DNA from: Minisyncoccota bacterium
Lineage (GTDB): Bacteria; Patescibacteriota; Minisyncoccia; Phycocordibacterales; UBA9973
Assembly: GCA_021734995.1 (NCBI GenBank)
Contig: JAIPHX010000003.1
Location: 11,969 to 75,968, forward strand
Reading direction: 5' to 3'
Length of the DNA: 64,000 bases
Shown here: in pieces, positions 38,633 through 47,908 of the stretch
How the letters are laid out: the number at the start of each line of letters is the position of its first letter
Numbering within the stretch: position 1 is the first letter of the stretch
Notes under the pieces: model-generated
Databases searched by the model: none
Told to the model about the DNA's origin: nothing
Seen by the model: the letters and a program-made list of their open reading frames with translations, nothing else
Position numbers and translations under genes: made by a program

Positions 38633-40306
38633 TTATTTCTTTTCATTTAATAATGATTGGACCATCAGAGATTCACAAGTCTCTTCAATAAATCTTTTTA
38701 CTGGCCTTGCTCCAAATCTTGGGTCCGCAAGCCCTTTTATTTTTTCTTCTAGTGTGTTGGTATCAATATCAAATTTTACTTTATGTTTTATCAGTCTTTT
38801 TTCAATCTTTTCTATTTCAAGCTTGGCTATTTGTAATAGACTTTCTTGGGTTAGGGGATTGAATACCAATAGATTATCAAAACGATTTATAAACTCAAGA
38901 CGGAATGATTTTTCTAAAGCAGGTATTATTCTTTCTTTAACAAAGTCTTCAGGGATTTTTCCTTCATTTTCAAAAAACTCTTTGAGGATTTCTTTTACTC
39001 CAGCATTAGAAGTAGCCATCACAATGCAGTTTTTGGCATCTACTGTTTCATTTTGTCCAGAGGTAATTCTACCATCATCAAGTAATTGTAAAAATATATC
39101 AAAGACTTTTGGGTGAGCTTTTTCTATTTCATCTAGTAGTATAAGACAATGAGGTTCTTTTTTTAGAGCATTAGTCAGAGCGCCACCACTTTCATAGCCA
39201 CTATATCCTGCAGGAGCGCCGATCAGTCTCTGTACTGTATGTTCTTGTCCAAATTCAGACATATCAAATCTTATAAAACTTTCACTCTTACCAAACATAT
39301 ATTCAGCTATTAGTTTGGCTGTTTCAGTTTTCCCAACTCCAGATGGACCCATCATCAAGAATGAACCCAATGGTTTGTTGGGGTTACGAAGCCCTAGCTT
39401 GGCTCTTTGGAGTGTTTTTGAAATTAATTGAATAGAGCTTTCTTGATTTATAATTTTTTTATTTAATACTTCTTCTAGATTTTTTAAAATTTCTATTTCA
39501 TCAGCATTTAGTTGATTTATCGGAATACCAGTTTTGCTTGATATCACTTCGGAAATAGTTTCTTCAAAAAGTGCTTTCTTTCCATTTGCAGAAGCTAGAG
39601 CGATACTTTCATCTAGTAGCGAAATAGCAGATTGAGGAAGTTGCCCAAGATTTGGGAATCTTTCTGTGTAGGATACTATATCTTCTAAAGAAATGGTTGG
39701 TATAATCACTCTGTGTTTCTGATTAATCTTTGGTAAAGTATTTCTAAGTATTTTTACATAGTCATCTTTCGTTTGATTTTTTAATTGAATAGTTTCAAAA
39801 AGCTCTACAAAAGCAGGGTATTCTTTTTCTAGCCATGAGTATTCTCTACTCTCTAAACATAATACAATAGAAGGGTTTTGATTTTTTAGTAGGTTGTTGT
39901 AGACTCGCTCAATATTTTGGATTAAATAATTATTTTTATATACAGCTTTACCAAAATTATCTATGAAAATTACAGAATGGGGGATACGTTCTAGTATTTT
40001 TGTGATAGTTATTCTTTGATCTTCGTTATTTTCTAAATCATATAAATGTTCAGTATCAAACTGGATGTATTGAGTATTTTCATTTTTTTTATTTTGTATT
40101 GCATTTTTAACCCAACCATAAAAAAGAGTAGTCTTTCCAATTCCTCTTGGACCTATAATCATGATGTTGTTTCTTAAGCTTCTGTTGGTCACTCTAGATA
40201 TACGGTGGACTTCTTCTTGCCGACCAATGAGCTCAAGTATTTTACCTCGTTCTACTTCTTCTCTAAGATCATAATATTCTATTTTTTTAATGGTTTTGGT
40301 GGTCAT
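38633..40306 (-). CDS. ClpA/B-family AAA+ ATPase lacking N-domain, with degenerate first ring
   Basis: LIGR..E, GPRGIGKT, IFIDNF; second AAA GPSGVGKTE, RLIGAPAGYSGY, LDEIEKAH, FINRFD, GARP. Confidence 0.9.
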   Translation of the reverse strand: MTTKTIKKIEYYDLREEVERGKILELIGRQEEVHRISRVTNRSLRNNIMIIGPRGIGKTTLFYGWVKNAIQNKKNENTQYIQFDTEHLYDLENNEDQRITITKILERIPHSVIFIDNFGKAVYKNNYLIQNIERVYNNLLKNQNPSIVLCLESREYSWLEKEYPAFVELFETIQLKNQTKDDYVKILRNTLPKINQKHRVIIPTISLEDIVSYTERFPNLGQLPQSAISLLDESIALASANGKKALFEETISEVISSKTGIPINQLNADEIEILKNLEEVLNKKIINQESSIQLISKTLQRAKLGLRNPNKPLGSFLMMGPSGVGKTETAKLIAEYMFGKSESFIRFDMSEFGQEHTVQRLIGAPAGYSGYESGGALTNALKKEPHCLILLDEIEKAHPKVFDIFLQLLDDGRITSGQNETVDAKNCIVMATSNAGVKEILKEFFENEGKIPEDFVKERIIPALEKSFRLEFINRFDNLLVFNPLTQESLLQIAKLEIEKIEKRLIKHKVKFDIDTNTLEEKIKGLADPRFGARPVKRFIEETCESLMVQSLLNEKK

Positions 40307-40328
40307 TTTTTTGAACTTCTATATGTTT

Positions 40329-42473
40329 TTAAGATGCTCTTCTTAGAGTAATACCGTTGGAAGATTGTGTTTTTGGTGTTTCTACTTGGATTGGTTGGAT
40401 ATTAACAGGATTGTTTATAATATTTGGGTCGTCGCTTGCTCTATTGAATTGATTTGGGTTATTTCCTTCTTCAGATAAAAAATTTAATGGATCAGCTACT
40501 TGGTCTTTTTTTGTTGGGGCGGTAGAATATATTTTTTGCATATCTTCTATGAATTTTTCAGGAAGACCTAGAGCTCTATATGGTGTCTCATTAAAAATAG
40601 TAGGATTAGCAGGGGTGAGAATTTTTTTTTCATTTGCTGTTGTTGGGTTAGTAATTGTCGTGGTTTCGACTGTTTTAGGTTGTCCGATTGTATCTAAAGT
40701 AGGATTCTCTGTTTTTTGGATTTCTATTTTTGGAGTTTCTGCTCTTTCTGTTTGTTTTATCGCAGGGGCTACTTCCTTTGTTGTATTTGTTGTGGGTTCT
40801 TCTTTTGTTGGTTTTTCTGGTGCTTTTGTTGTTGTTTTTTCCTGTATTTTTACCTGCACTTCTGTTGTGTCTTTTTCTGTAGGTACTTTTACATCTATTG
40901 TTTTTGTTGTGTTTTGTTCTTTTGTTGTGTCTGGGTTTACAATTTTTCCCCGCATTTGATCAATCAAAAAGTCTAGAGATGTTTTTTCTGTTTGATTTAT
41001 GGCTACATCTTGTTCTGTTGTTTTTGTCTTATTATTTTCGGTACTTTTAGTATTTTTCGCTGTGTTGTGTTCTGTATTATTAGTTGTTACTTCTTCAGTG
41101 TTGATTATTTCTTTTCCATCTTCAATCTTAAAAATTTTGGTATGAATTTGTTCATTCTCTGTATTGTTTGTTTCTTGTGGGTTTTCTATTGGTTGTTCTT
41201 TCCCAACTTCCTGTGTTTCTGTTTGTATTATTTCTGTGGGAGTTTCATTTTCTACTTTGTCCGTAATTGTATCATCTTGTATGTTTTCAAAACCACCACT
41301 CAAATCTCCAGCTAGTTTTTCAATAGGGGATTCTTGTGGTTGTACATTGTCTGGTGCATTATTTTCTACCACTTCTATATCACTGACTACTTTTTCGGTA
41401 TCTATTATCTCTGCACCATCTTTGATATCAAAAATTTTAGTATCAATTTGTTTATCTTCTTTGTTCTGTATTTCTTTTAGATCTATATTTTGTTCTATTA
41501 TAGTTTCTGCTTCGCTTGTAATTTCTTCGCTTGGTTTTATCGTCTCATCTTGTGTATCTTCAAAATCACCACTCAAATCTCCAGCTAGTTTTTCAATAGG
41601 GGATTCTTGTGGGCTTTCCATTGCTATATTGTCTGGTGCATTGTTTTCTGCTAGTTCTGTATCAATGACTACTTTTTTGGCATCTATTATCTCTGCACCA
41701 TCTTTGATATCAAAAATTTTAGTATCAATTTGTCCTTCCTCTGTATTGTTTGTTTCTTGTGGGTTTTCTATTAGTTGTTCTTTCCCAACTTCCTGTATCT
41801 CTATTTGTGGTGCTTCTACTGGAGTTTCATTTTCTATTGTTTGAGTGAGTTCTGGATTTTTTAAATCATTAATATCTTCTGGGTTGTTTCTGTCCACTAC
41901 CTTTTCTTCGGTTTCTTTTTTTTCTTCCTTATATTTTTTATTTTCGTAAAGAACATCTTTGTTTTCATCTAGTATACAGAAGATTAAAAGTATCTCTTTT
42001 GTTCCATCAGGGTTTGTCTTCACATTTTCTGTTATTTGGTATGGTTCATTGGGGGTTTTTTGTACATGGTCTAAAAGTTTTAAATGTTCTTCCCATACTT
42101 TTGGTTGATTATTTTTTTCTGCCCATTCTTTAATAAGGGCGGTGATTGATTCTCCGTTTTTGTCAAACATTTCTCCGTTCTCTATTTTCCCTGTACCTTT
42201 TATACTTTCTGTTGTCCAATCACCTTTTTCTCCGTAATATTTTCCATCTATAATCTTATCAGCATATGTTTTTAAGATTTGTGCTGGGGCTTGTTTTTCT
42301 GTTTCATCTTTTTGTATATTTTTTTCTGCCTCCTCTTCTTTATCTGTATCTTTATCTCCTTCTTTTTCTTCTTCTTTTGGTTTTATTTCTGTTTTAACAC
42401 TAACATCAAAAGGATCTTTAAGATCTTCTACATGATCATCTATTTCATATACTTGTGGTGATTCTTGTTCCAT
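40329..42473 (-). CDS. Large acidic Glu/Thr/Asn-rich protein with internal repeats
   Basis: 714-aa ORF, low complexity, duplicated blocks, no signal peptide or TM. Confidence 0.8.
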   Translation of the reverse strand: MEQESPQVYEIDDHVEDLKDPFDVSVKTEIKPKEEEKEGDKDTDKEEEAEKNIQKDETEKQAPAQILKTYADKIIDGKYYGEKGDWTTESIKGTGKIENGEMFDKNGESITALIKEWAEKNNQPKVWEEHLKLLDHVQKTPNEPYQITENVKTNPDGTKEILLIFCILDENKDVLYENKKYKEEKKETEEKVVDRNNPEDINDLKNPELTQTIENETPVEAPQIEIQEVGKEQLIENPQETNNTEEGQIDTKIFDIKDGAEIIDAKKVVIDTELAENNAPDNIAMESPQESPIEKLAGDLSGDFEDTQDETIKPSEEITSEAETIIEQNIDLKEIQNKEDKQIDTKIFDIKDGAEIIDTEKVVSDIEVVENNAPDNVQPQESPIEKLAGDLSGGFENIQDDTITDKVENETPTEIIQTETQEVGKEQPIENPQETNNTENEQIHTKIFKIEDGKEIINTEEVTTNNTEHNTAKNTKSTENNKTKTTEQDVAINQTEKTSLDFLIDQMRGKIVNPDTTKEQNTTKTIDVKVPTEKDTTEVQVKIQEKTTTKAPEKPTKEEPTTNTTKEVAPAIKQTERAETPKIEIQKTENPTLDTIGQPKTVETTTITNPTTANEKKILTPANPTIFNETPYRALGLPEKFIEDMQKIYSTAPTKKDQVADPLNFLSEEGNNPNQFNRASDDPNIINNPVNIQPIQVETPKTQSSNGITLRRAS
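41095..41835 (-). repeat. Intragenic duplicated blocks
   Basis: QIDTKIFDIKDGAEIID x2 plus a diverged third copy; PQESPIEKLAGDLSG x2; QEVGKEQ.IENPQETNNTE x2; near-identical at DNA level. Confidence 0.9.
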
Positions 42474-42484
42474 AAAAATGATAT

Positions 42485-42510
42485 AAAAAAATTCTGCTTT
42501 TGGGCAGAAT
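42485..42510 (-). terminator. Riboswitch-controlled intrinsic terminator
   Basis: ATTCTGC-ccaaaa-GCAGAAT-TTTTTT ending ~12 nt before the ATG at 42473. Confidence 0.8.
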
Positions 42511-42549
42511 GTGTGTTTTTGGAGTTATATAAAAATACCCCAAAAATTA

Positions 42550-42690
42550 TCCTGCTCGGGAAAACATAAAAATAATTGGCAGTCGGACTTGTTCTCTTTA
42601 GTTTTCAAGAAACTAGAGACTTACCGTAGCGGCACTGTACCGGATTCTCACCGGTTTCCCCCATTATTTTTCTTAATTTTTAAACGACTT
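42550..42690 (-). ncRNA. Cobalamin riboswitch (class II / AdoCbl-variant-like)
   Basis: Minus strand GGGAAACCGGTGAGAATCCGGTACAGTGCCGCTACGGTAAG-[hairpin]-AAGTCCGACTGCC, closed by aaaaataatgg/ccaattattttt. Confidence 0.85.
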
Positions 42691-42698
42691 ACATATAC

Positions 42699-42728
42699 AT
42701 TGTACCTTTATTGGATTGCGTATGTCAA
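42699..42728 (-). promoter_or_regulatory. Sigma70 promoter upstream of riboswitch
   Basis: TTGACA-18 bp-TACAAT. Confidence 0.7.
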
Positions 42729-42820
42729 CCTTGTGTTTTGTACCCCAAATTTGTAGGTGTGACGCTTGCAGTTATCTTATATCTAAAGCATTTTTACTTT
42801 AAATATGTATAATATGAAAG

Positions 42821-43270
42821 ATGAAAAAAACAAGAATTATGGCCTTTGGAACTTTTGATGGTTTACACAAAGGACATCTTGATCTTTTTAAACAAAGCAG
42901 AGCTCTTGCTCTAAACCCATATTTGATTGTTTCAATTGCTAGAGATTCAAACGTAGAAAGAATAAAAGGGGAGAAGCCTTTGTTTAACGAAGATACTAGA
43001 ATGAAAATAGTAAAAAAATCTAGTTTGGTAGACAAGGTGGTGTTAGGAGCAAAAAAAGATTATCTTTCTCATATTGTAAAAGAAAAACCAGCCATTATTG
43101 CTCTTGGTTATGATCAAAAATATTATGTAGCAAATCTAAAAAATAACCTTTTGGTTTTGGGGTTAAAGGTAAAAATTTACAGATTGAAATCTTTTAAAGC
43201 TTATATTTATAAAAACAGGTTGATTAAGCTTAAGAAACTAAAACCTAGACGTTCAAAATCACAGGGATAA
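42821..43270 (+). CDS. Cytidylyltransferase-family protein (RibL-like FAD synthase)
   Basis: GTFDGLHKGH, ARD, P..IALGYDQ. Confidence 0.82.
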   Translation: MKKTRIMAFGTFDGLHKGHLDLFKQSRALALNPYLIVSIARDSNVERIKGEKPLFNEDTRMKIVKKSSLVDKVVLGAKKDYLSHIVKEKPAIIALGYDQKYYVANLKNNLLVLGLKVKIYRLKSFKAYIYKNRLIKLKKLKPRRSKSQG

Positions 43271-45161
43271 CCAAAGGTCTTTTTGCTGTTTTTTGATACA
43301 AGAATTTTGAAATATTTTCTCCCAAGTTTGCTTTTAAATATTCAAAGTCTACAGGACGAGTTTTGGTAGTAATATCTTCTACACTCTTGCGAATGATTAT
43401 TCTGACTTGTCTTAGTAACTCTTGATTTTCTTTTAAGTAAACAAAACCACGAGAGATTAGATCTGGAGATTTTTTTAGTTTGCCAGTGTTTTGGTCTACG
43501 ACAGCAATAATTACAAACATTCCGTCTTGAGCAAGCATTACTCTATCTCTTATTACCACATCTTGATCATCTCCTACAGAAATACCATCTACCATCATGA
43601 GTCCAGCTGGAGCTTTTTCTTTTCGAACATTTATTTTTTCTCCATCAGGAGATATTTCTATAATGCTTCCATTATCTGGGACGACGACATTTTCTTCAGG
43701 CATTCCGAGTTCCATTGCGAGTTGTTTGTGCAGTTGGAGTCTGTAGTGATTTCCATGGATAGGGATGAAGAATTTTGGATGAGTTTTTCGGTGTAACCAC
43801 TTTACGTCTTCTTGATTACCATGTCCTGTAGCGTGCACAAAATCTTCTCCAGGGGTTCGATAACTGATGATTTTTACCCCTTGGCGAGCTATACCGTCTT
43901 TCATTTTTTCTACAGCTCTTTCATTTCCAGGAATAACAGAAGCAGAAAGAATAATAGTATCACCTTTATGAAGAGCAAATTTAGCATGTGACTTATTCGC
44001 CGCTCTATTCAAGGCAGCAAACTCTTCTCCCTGTGCTCCTGTCATCAATATTACTATTTTATTTGGTGGATATTTATCTACTTCTTCTAGGGGAATTATT
44101 GTATCTTTTTTAGGGACAAAATAGTTTGCTTCAATAGCTACATCAATATTTGTTTTCATCGATCTTCCGTCAAGAGCTATTTTTTTACCAAGTTCTTCTG
44201 CTGTTTTTACTACATTAGCAAGTCTTGTGATGTGAGAAGCAAAAGCTGCGATAATAATTCTACCATTTATTTTTTTGAGCAAGTTTGCTAGTCCAGCATG
44301 CACTTTTTCTTCAGGGAGAGAATACCCTTCGTTCTCAACATTAGTGGAATCAGTAAGTAGAAGTAATACTTTTTCTTTATCAAAAATAGAATATTCTTTT
44401 TCTTCTTCTTTACTTGCTACACCATCTTTGTGATCTAGTTTGTAATCTCCAGGAGTTACAATCCAACCGTGCTTGGTATCTATCATAATACCTATAGCAT
44501 CTGGGATAGTATGAGTTACTCCAAAGAATTTTATTTTAATTTTTCCAAGAGTAATAGTCTCATTTTTTTCAACTATATTTTCTTTCATTTTTGGTAGGTG
44601 AGGGAACTCAGCAGCTCTTTTACGCATAAGCAAAATAGAAAGGTTACGAGAATATACAGGAGGGTTTCCAATACGTGAAAGGACCAACGGTACACCCCCG
44701 ATATGGTCTAAGTGGCCATGAGTAATCACAAGTCCACGAATCTTATCTTTCCTTTCTTCTAAGTAAGTAGTGTTTGGAATAACATAATCTACTCCAGGAG
44801 TTTCTTCGGTGGAAAAGTGCATACCAGCATCAACTACGATAATATCGTCGCCAATCTCAATAGCAGTCATGTTTTTACCGATTTCTTCCACTCCTCCCAA
44901 TGGGATAATTCTAATCACCCCTTCTTCGATTGGTGGAATTTTTTGGTCTATGTTATTTCTCCCTCTACTTTTGTTTTGAGAAGAAGAGTTTCTTCGGTCT
45001 TTAAAACCTTTTTTTGCATATTGAAAAGTGGAAGTTTTTCTAATTTTCTTATGAGAAGAACTATCAGTATTACTTTTATTATCTGTGTTTTCTTTTTGTT
45101 CTAACTTTTTTGCCTCTTCAAAGCTGACTGCGCTGAATGACAATATATTTTTTTTCTTCAT
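43245..45161 (-). CDS. rnj: Ribonuclease J
   Basis: PLGGVEEIGKN, THGHLDHIG, HTIPD, TGAQGE, HATGH, PIHG. Confidence 0.96.
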   Translation of the reverse strand: MKKKNILSFSAVSFEEAKKLEQKENTDNKSNTDSSSHKKIRKTSTFQYAKKGFKDRRNSSSQNKSRGRNNIDQKIPPIEEGVIRIIPLGGVEEIGKNMTAIEIGDDIIVVDAGMHFSTEETPGVDYVIPNTTYLEERKDKIRGLVITHGHLDHIGGVPLVLSRIGNPPVYSRNLSILLMRKRAAEFPHLPKMKENIVEKNETITLGKIKIKFFGVTHTIPDAIGIMIDTKHGWIVTPGDYKLDHKDGVASKEEEKEYSIFDKEKVLLLLTDSTNVENEGYSLPEEKVHAGLANLLKKINGRIIIAAFASHITRLANVVKTAEELGKKIALDGRSMKTNIDVAIEANYFVPKKDTIIPLEEVDKYPPNKIVILMTGAQGEEFAALNRAANKSHAKFALHKGDTIILSASVIPGNERAVEKMKDGIARQGVKIISYRTPGEDFVHATGHGNQEDVKWLHRKTHPKFFIPIHGNHYRLQLHKQLAMELGMPEENVVVPDNGSIIEISPDGEKINVRKEKAPAGLMMVDGISVGDDQDVVIRDRVMLAQDGMFVIIAVVDQNTGKLKKSPDLISRGFVYLKENQELLRQVRIIIRKSVEDITTKTRPVDFEYLKANLGENISKFLYQKTAKRPLVIPVILNV

Positions 45162-45180
45162 TTGGTTGTTATATTAATTT

Positions 45181-46902
45181 TTAATTATTTGGAGTAAATA
45201 TTTTCCATACACTATCGGTCTCTGTATACCAATTGTATACTTCATTAAACCTATCTTTAGAAGAGGGAATATCCATATTTGAGATTCCTTCTAATTTATC
45301 TTTTACGACATAGATAAATTCTGGGCTATAGATAAAGACAGCAGGATTTTCTTTTTTGATTTCATTTTCAAATTCTAAATATTTTGCTTCTCTTTTCTCT
45401 TTGTCATGGATGGATAATGCTTCTTCTAAAATTTTATCTACTTTTACGTTTGTATACATTGCTACGTTTAGGCCAGGTTCTTTTCTTTGGGAGGAATGCC
45501 AGAAAGCAAACAAGTCAGATTGACGATTGATGATTTCTCCAAAAAGCAATGCGTCATATTTTCTTGGTTTGATGACGGATTGATTTAGATCTCCAAGTTC
45601 AAAAGTCTTCACTTCTACTTTCATACCTATTTCCATAAGATTTTTTTGAATTAACTCAGCTGTTTTTTTTAAATCTTCAGAGTTACTTGTAGATATTGAG
45701 AAGGACAGGATAGCTTCTTTTTTTGCAAAAAAACCATCTTCATTTTTTTTCCATCCTGCTTTTGTTAAAATATTTTCTGCAAGATCTTTTTTCTCTTCTC
45801 GTGTTAGTAATTTTTCATCTTCTTGTGCATTTTTATTTGGCATAGGACTGTCTATTATTTGCCCATAGCCATACAATACTTCCTCCAGTATTCTTTTTTT
45901 GTCTAGATAAGTATTGATTGCAGAAACGATACTTTTGTCTATAAATAATTGGTTTTCATTGTGATTGAAAAACATTCCAAAAATTCTTGGTAAGACATAT
46001 GACTCTATTTTGTATCCTTTTTCTTTTAATTTTTCAGCATTTTCGGGTGATATTTGACTTATCTGATCTACTTCACCTTTTTCTAAAGCAGAAATTAGGT
46101 CACTTTCGTTATTGTAGAATTTTAAGTTAATACTTTTTACATAGGGTTTTCCAAGGGTGAATTTTTTGAATGGTACCAATCCATAGGATTTCACTATCCC
46201 TTGTGCTTCTTTTGTGGAATTTTTTATCATAAAAGGACCAGACCCGACAGGAGAAGTGTTTCTATCATTTAGTTCCATTGGGAATCCTTTCCATAAGTGT
46301 GCAGGCATAATTCCTAAAGTAGTATTTTCCAAGAATCCTGCATCTTGTGTTCTTAGATTAAAACGTACAGTTTTCTCATCTATTTTTTCTACAGAAACTC
46401 TTTCCCAGTTGCCAGCATTGGATACTCTGAGTACAGGATTTTTTGCTTCTTGAATAGTAAATATTATATCGTCTATGGTTACAGGTTCTCCATCTTGGAA
46501 ATAGATTTTATCTTTTAGTGTGAATGTATAAGAAAGATGGTTTGGGGCAACTTCATAACTTTCAGCAAGATCTAGTATTAGATTTCCATCTTTGTCTTTT
46601 CGCATTAGTCCTGAATAGATAAGATTTACCAAATCTTTATCTACATCAGAAAAAGCAAGAAGAGGGTTAACAAATCTAGGTGTACCAATAATACCTTCAG
46701 TTATATTTCCACCTTTCATTGGAACTTTTATCATAAAAGATTGATTGACATAATGAAGCACAATCAAAGTGCTCAATATAAATACAAAAACAAGAGAACC
46801 AAAAATTGCCCATTCTTTTTTAGAGAAGGCCTTAAAAGTTAGAAGTATTTCATTCTTCTTTGGCAATTTAAAATTGCTTATAGATATATATTTATTTTTC
46901 AT
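45181..46902 (-). CDS. Peptide ABC transporter substrate-binding protein (family 5), membrane anchored
   Basis: IYSGL, DLAESY, FQDGEPVT.DD, PVGSGPF, FWHSSQ. Confidence 0.88.
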   Translation of the reverse strand: MKNKYISISNFKLPKKNEILLTFKAFSKKEWAIFGSLVFVFILSTLIVLHYVNQSFMIKVPMKGGNITEGIIGTPRFVNPLLAFSDVDKDLVNLIYSGLMRKDKDGNLILDLAESYEVAPNHLSYTFTLKDKIYFQDGEPVTIDDIIFTIQEAKNPVLRVSNAGNWERVSVEKIDEKTVRFNLRTQDAGFLENTTLGIMPAHLWKGFPMELNDRNTSPVGSGPFMIKNSTKEAQGIVKSYGLVPFKKFTLGKPYVKSINLKFYNNESDLISALEKGEVDQISQISPENAEKLKEKGYKIESYVLPRIFGMFFNHNENQLFIDKSIVSAINTYLDKKRILEEVLYGYGQIIDSPMPNKNAQEDEKLLTREEKKDLAENILTKAGWKKNEDGFFAKKEAILSFSISTSNSEDLKKTAELIQKNLMEIGMKVEVKTFELGDLNQSVIKPRKYDALLFGEIINRQSDLFAFWHSSQRKEPGLNVAMYTNVKVDKILEEALSIHDKEKREAKYLEFENEIKKENPAVFIYSPEFIYVVKDKLEGISNMDIPSSKDRFNEVYNWYTETDSVWKIFTPNN

Positions 46903-46982
46903 AAAAAGAATATTTCTTTAAAAGTTTTTTAAAAGAGTAAAAGAAAAAACTTTTGTTTTGTATATTTGTAAAAAACAAAAAT

Positions 46983-47222
46983 TTAAACCCCTGCTCTTAT
47001 GATTATTGTAAGAATTGCAGATAAGGCAAAAAGAATACCACAGATGATAGATAATATAAAAAGAAATTTTTCAAAACCACGTCGAGTACTGTGAAAAGAA
47101 TTATCACTACCACCTAAAGCACCACCCACACTAGCACCGGATTGCTGGAGCAATATGGAGGTTATTAATATTACTGAAAAGATTATCTGCGCATAGGGCA
47201 GAATGTTAGCCAATAACTGCAT
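46983..47222 (-). CDS. secG: Preprotein translocase subunit SecG
   Basis: ILLQ..GA..G.A.GG, RRG.EK.L, two TM. Confidence 0.9.
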   Translation of the reverse strand: MQLLANILPYAQIIFSVILITSILLQQSGASVGGALGGSDNSFHSTRRGFEKFLFILSIICGILFALSAILTIIIRAGV

Positions 47223-47293
47223 TCCGGTAGTATCTCATAAAAGCAAAGAAAATGCAATATTGCGTATTTGGAGCTTTAATATACAATATATAG

Positions 47294-47908
47294 ATGAACA
47301 CTTTAAGTAAAACAATTAAAAAGAATCGCGGTTTTTTTGATTTGAAATTAATCATAATAATAATCCTAGTTTTAGGTATTGGTACTTATTTTGTTTGGTC
47401 AAATAATCAAAATACACAAAATATTGATCAGATGAACACTCAAGAAAATGCCTCTATAGATACTTCTAGTCCAGAGCTAGCTTTTGGAGAAGATATAAAA
47501 GAAAATATTACAGAAGCAGAGTATTATCCTCCAGTAAATTCAAAACCTTCCAACGAAGATAGAGATAGATTGTGGAAAAAATCTTCATTATTTAACATTT
47601 GGTATTTGGATGGTATGAACATAAAAGAATATTACCAAGAATCAAGCAATCCTTATGGAGCAAAAGTAAAAGCAGAAACTTTTGAAGCGGTAGATTCTTC
47701 TGCTCGGTTTGTCATTAGATGGGGAGGACATTATTGGGCAATGGTAGATGGTACCGGCTCAGCTTGTGATCAAAATACTTTTAAAGGTGAGCAATATGAT
47801 GATACTAGAGTAGCTTGTATAAAAGGAATAGTTGCGCAAATCACAGGAGAAAATCTTAAAATAAATGATTTAGAATTATTTAGAGAGTTTGTATCTAGAA
47901 ACAAATAA
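47294..47908 (+). CDS. Exported protein with prepilin-like N-terminus
   Basis: KKNRG|FFDLKLIIIIILVLG class-III-like leader; C-terminal Cys pair. Confidence 0.6.
   Translation: MNTLSKTIKKNRGFFDLKLIIIIILVLGIGTYFVWSNNQNTQNIDQMNTQENASIDTSSPELAFGEDIKENITEAEYYPPVNSKPSNEDRDRLWKKSSLFNIWYLDGMNIKEYYQESSNPYGAKVKAETFEAVDSSARFVIRWGGHYWAMVDGTGSACDQNTFKGEQYDDTRVACIKGIVAQITGENLKINDLELFREFVSRNK

Noticed and set aside
41095-41835. CRISPR array or DGR template/variable repeat
   Set aside because: Repeats are long, in frame, irregularly spaced and intragenic; no cas or reverse transcriptase gene in the window
40549-42461. Plus-strand hydrophobic/Cys-rich ORFs
   Set aside because: Antisense shadows of the low-complexity acidic gene
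42511-42756. 81-aa plus-strand ORF
   Set aside because: Lies antisense over the riboswitch and its promoter; no protein features
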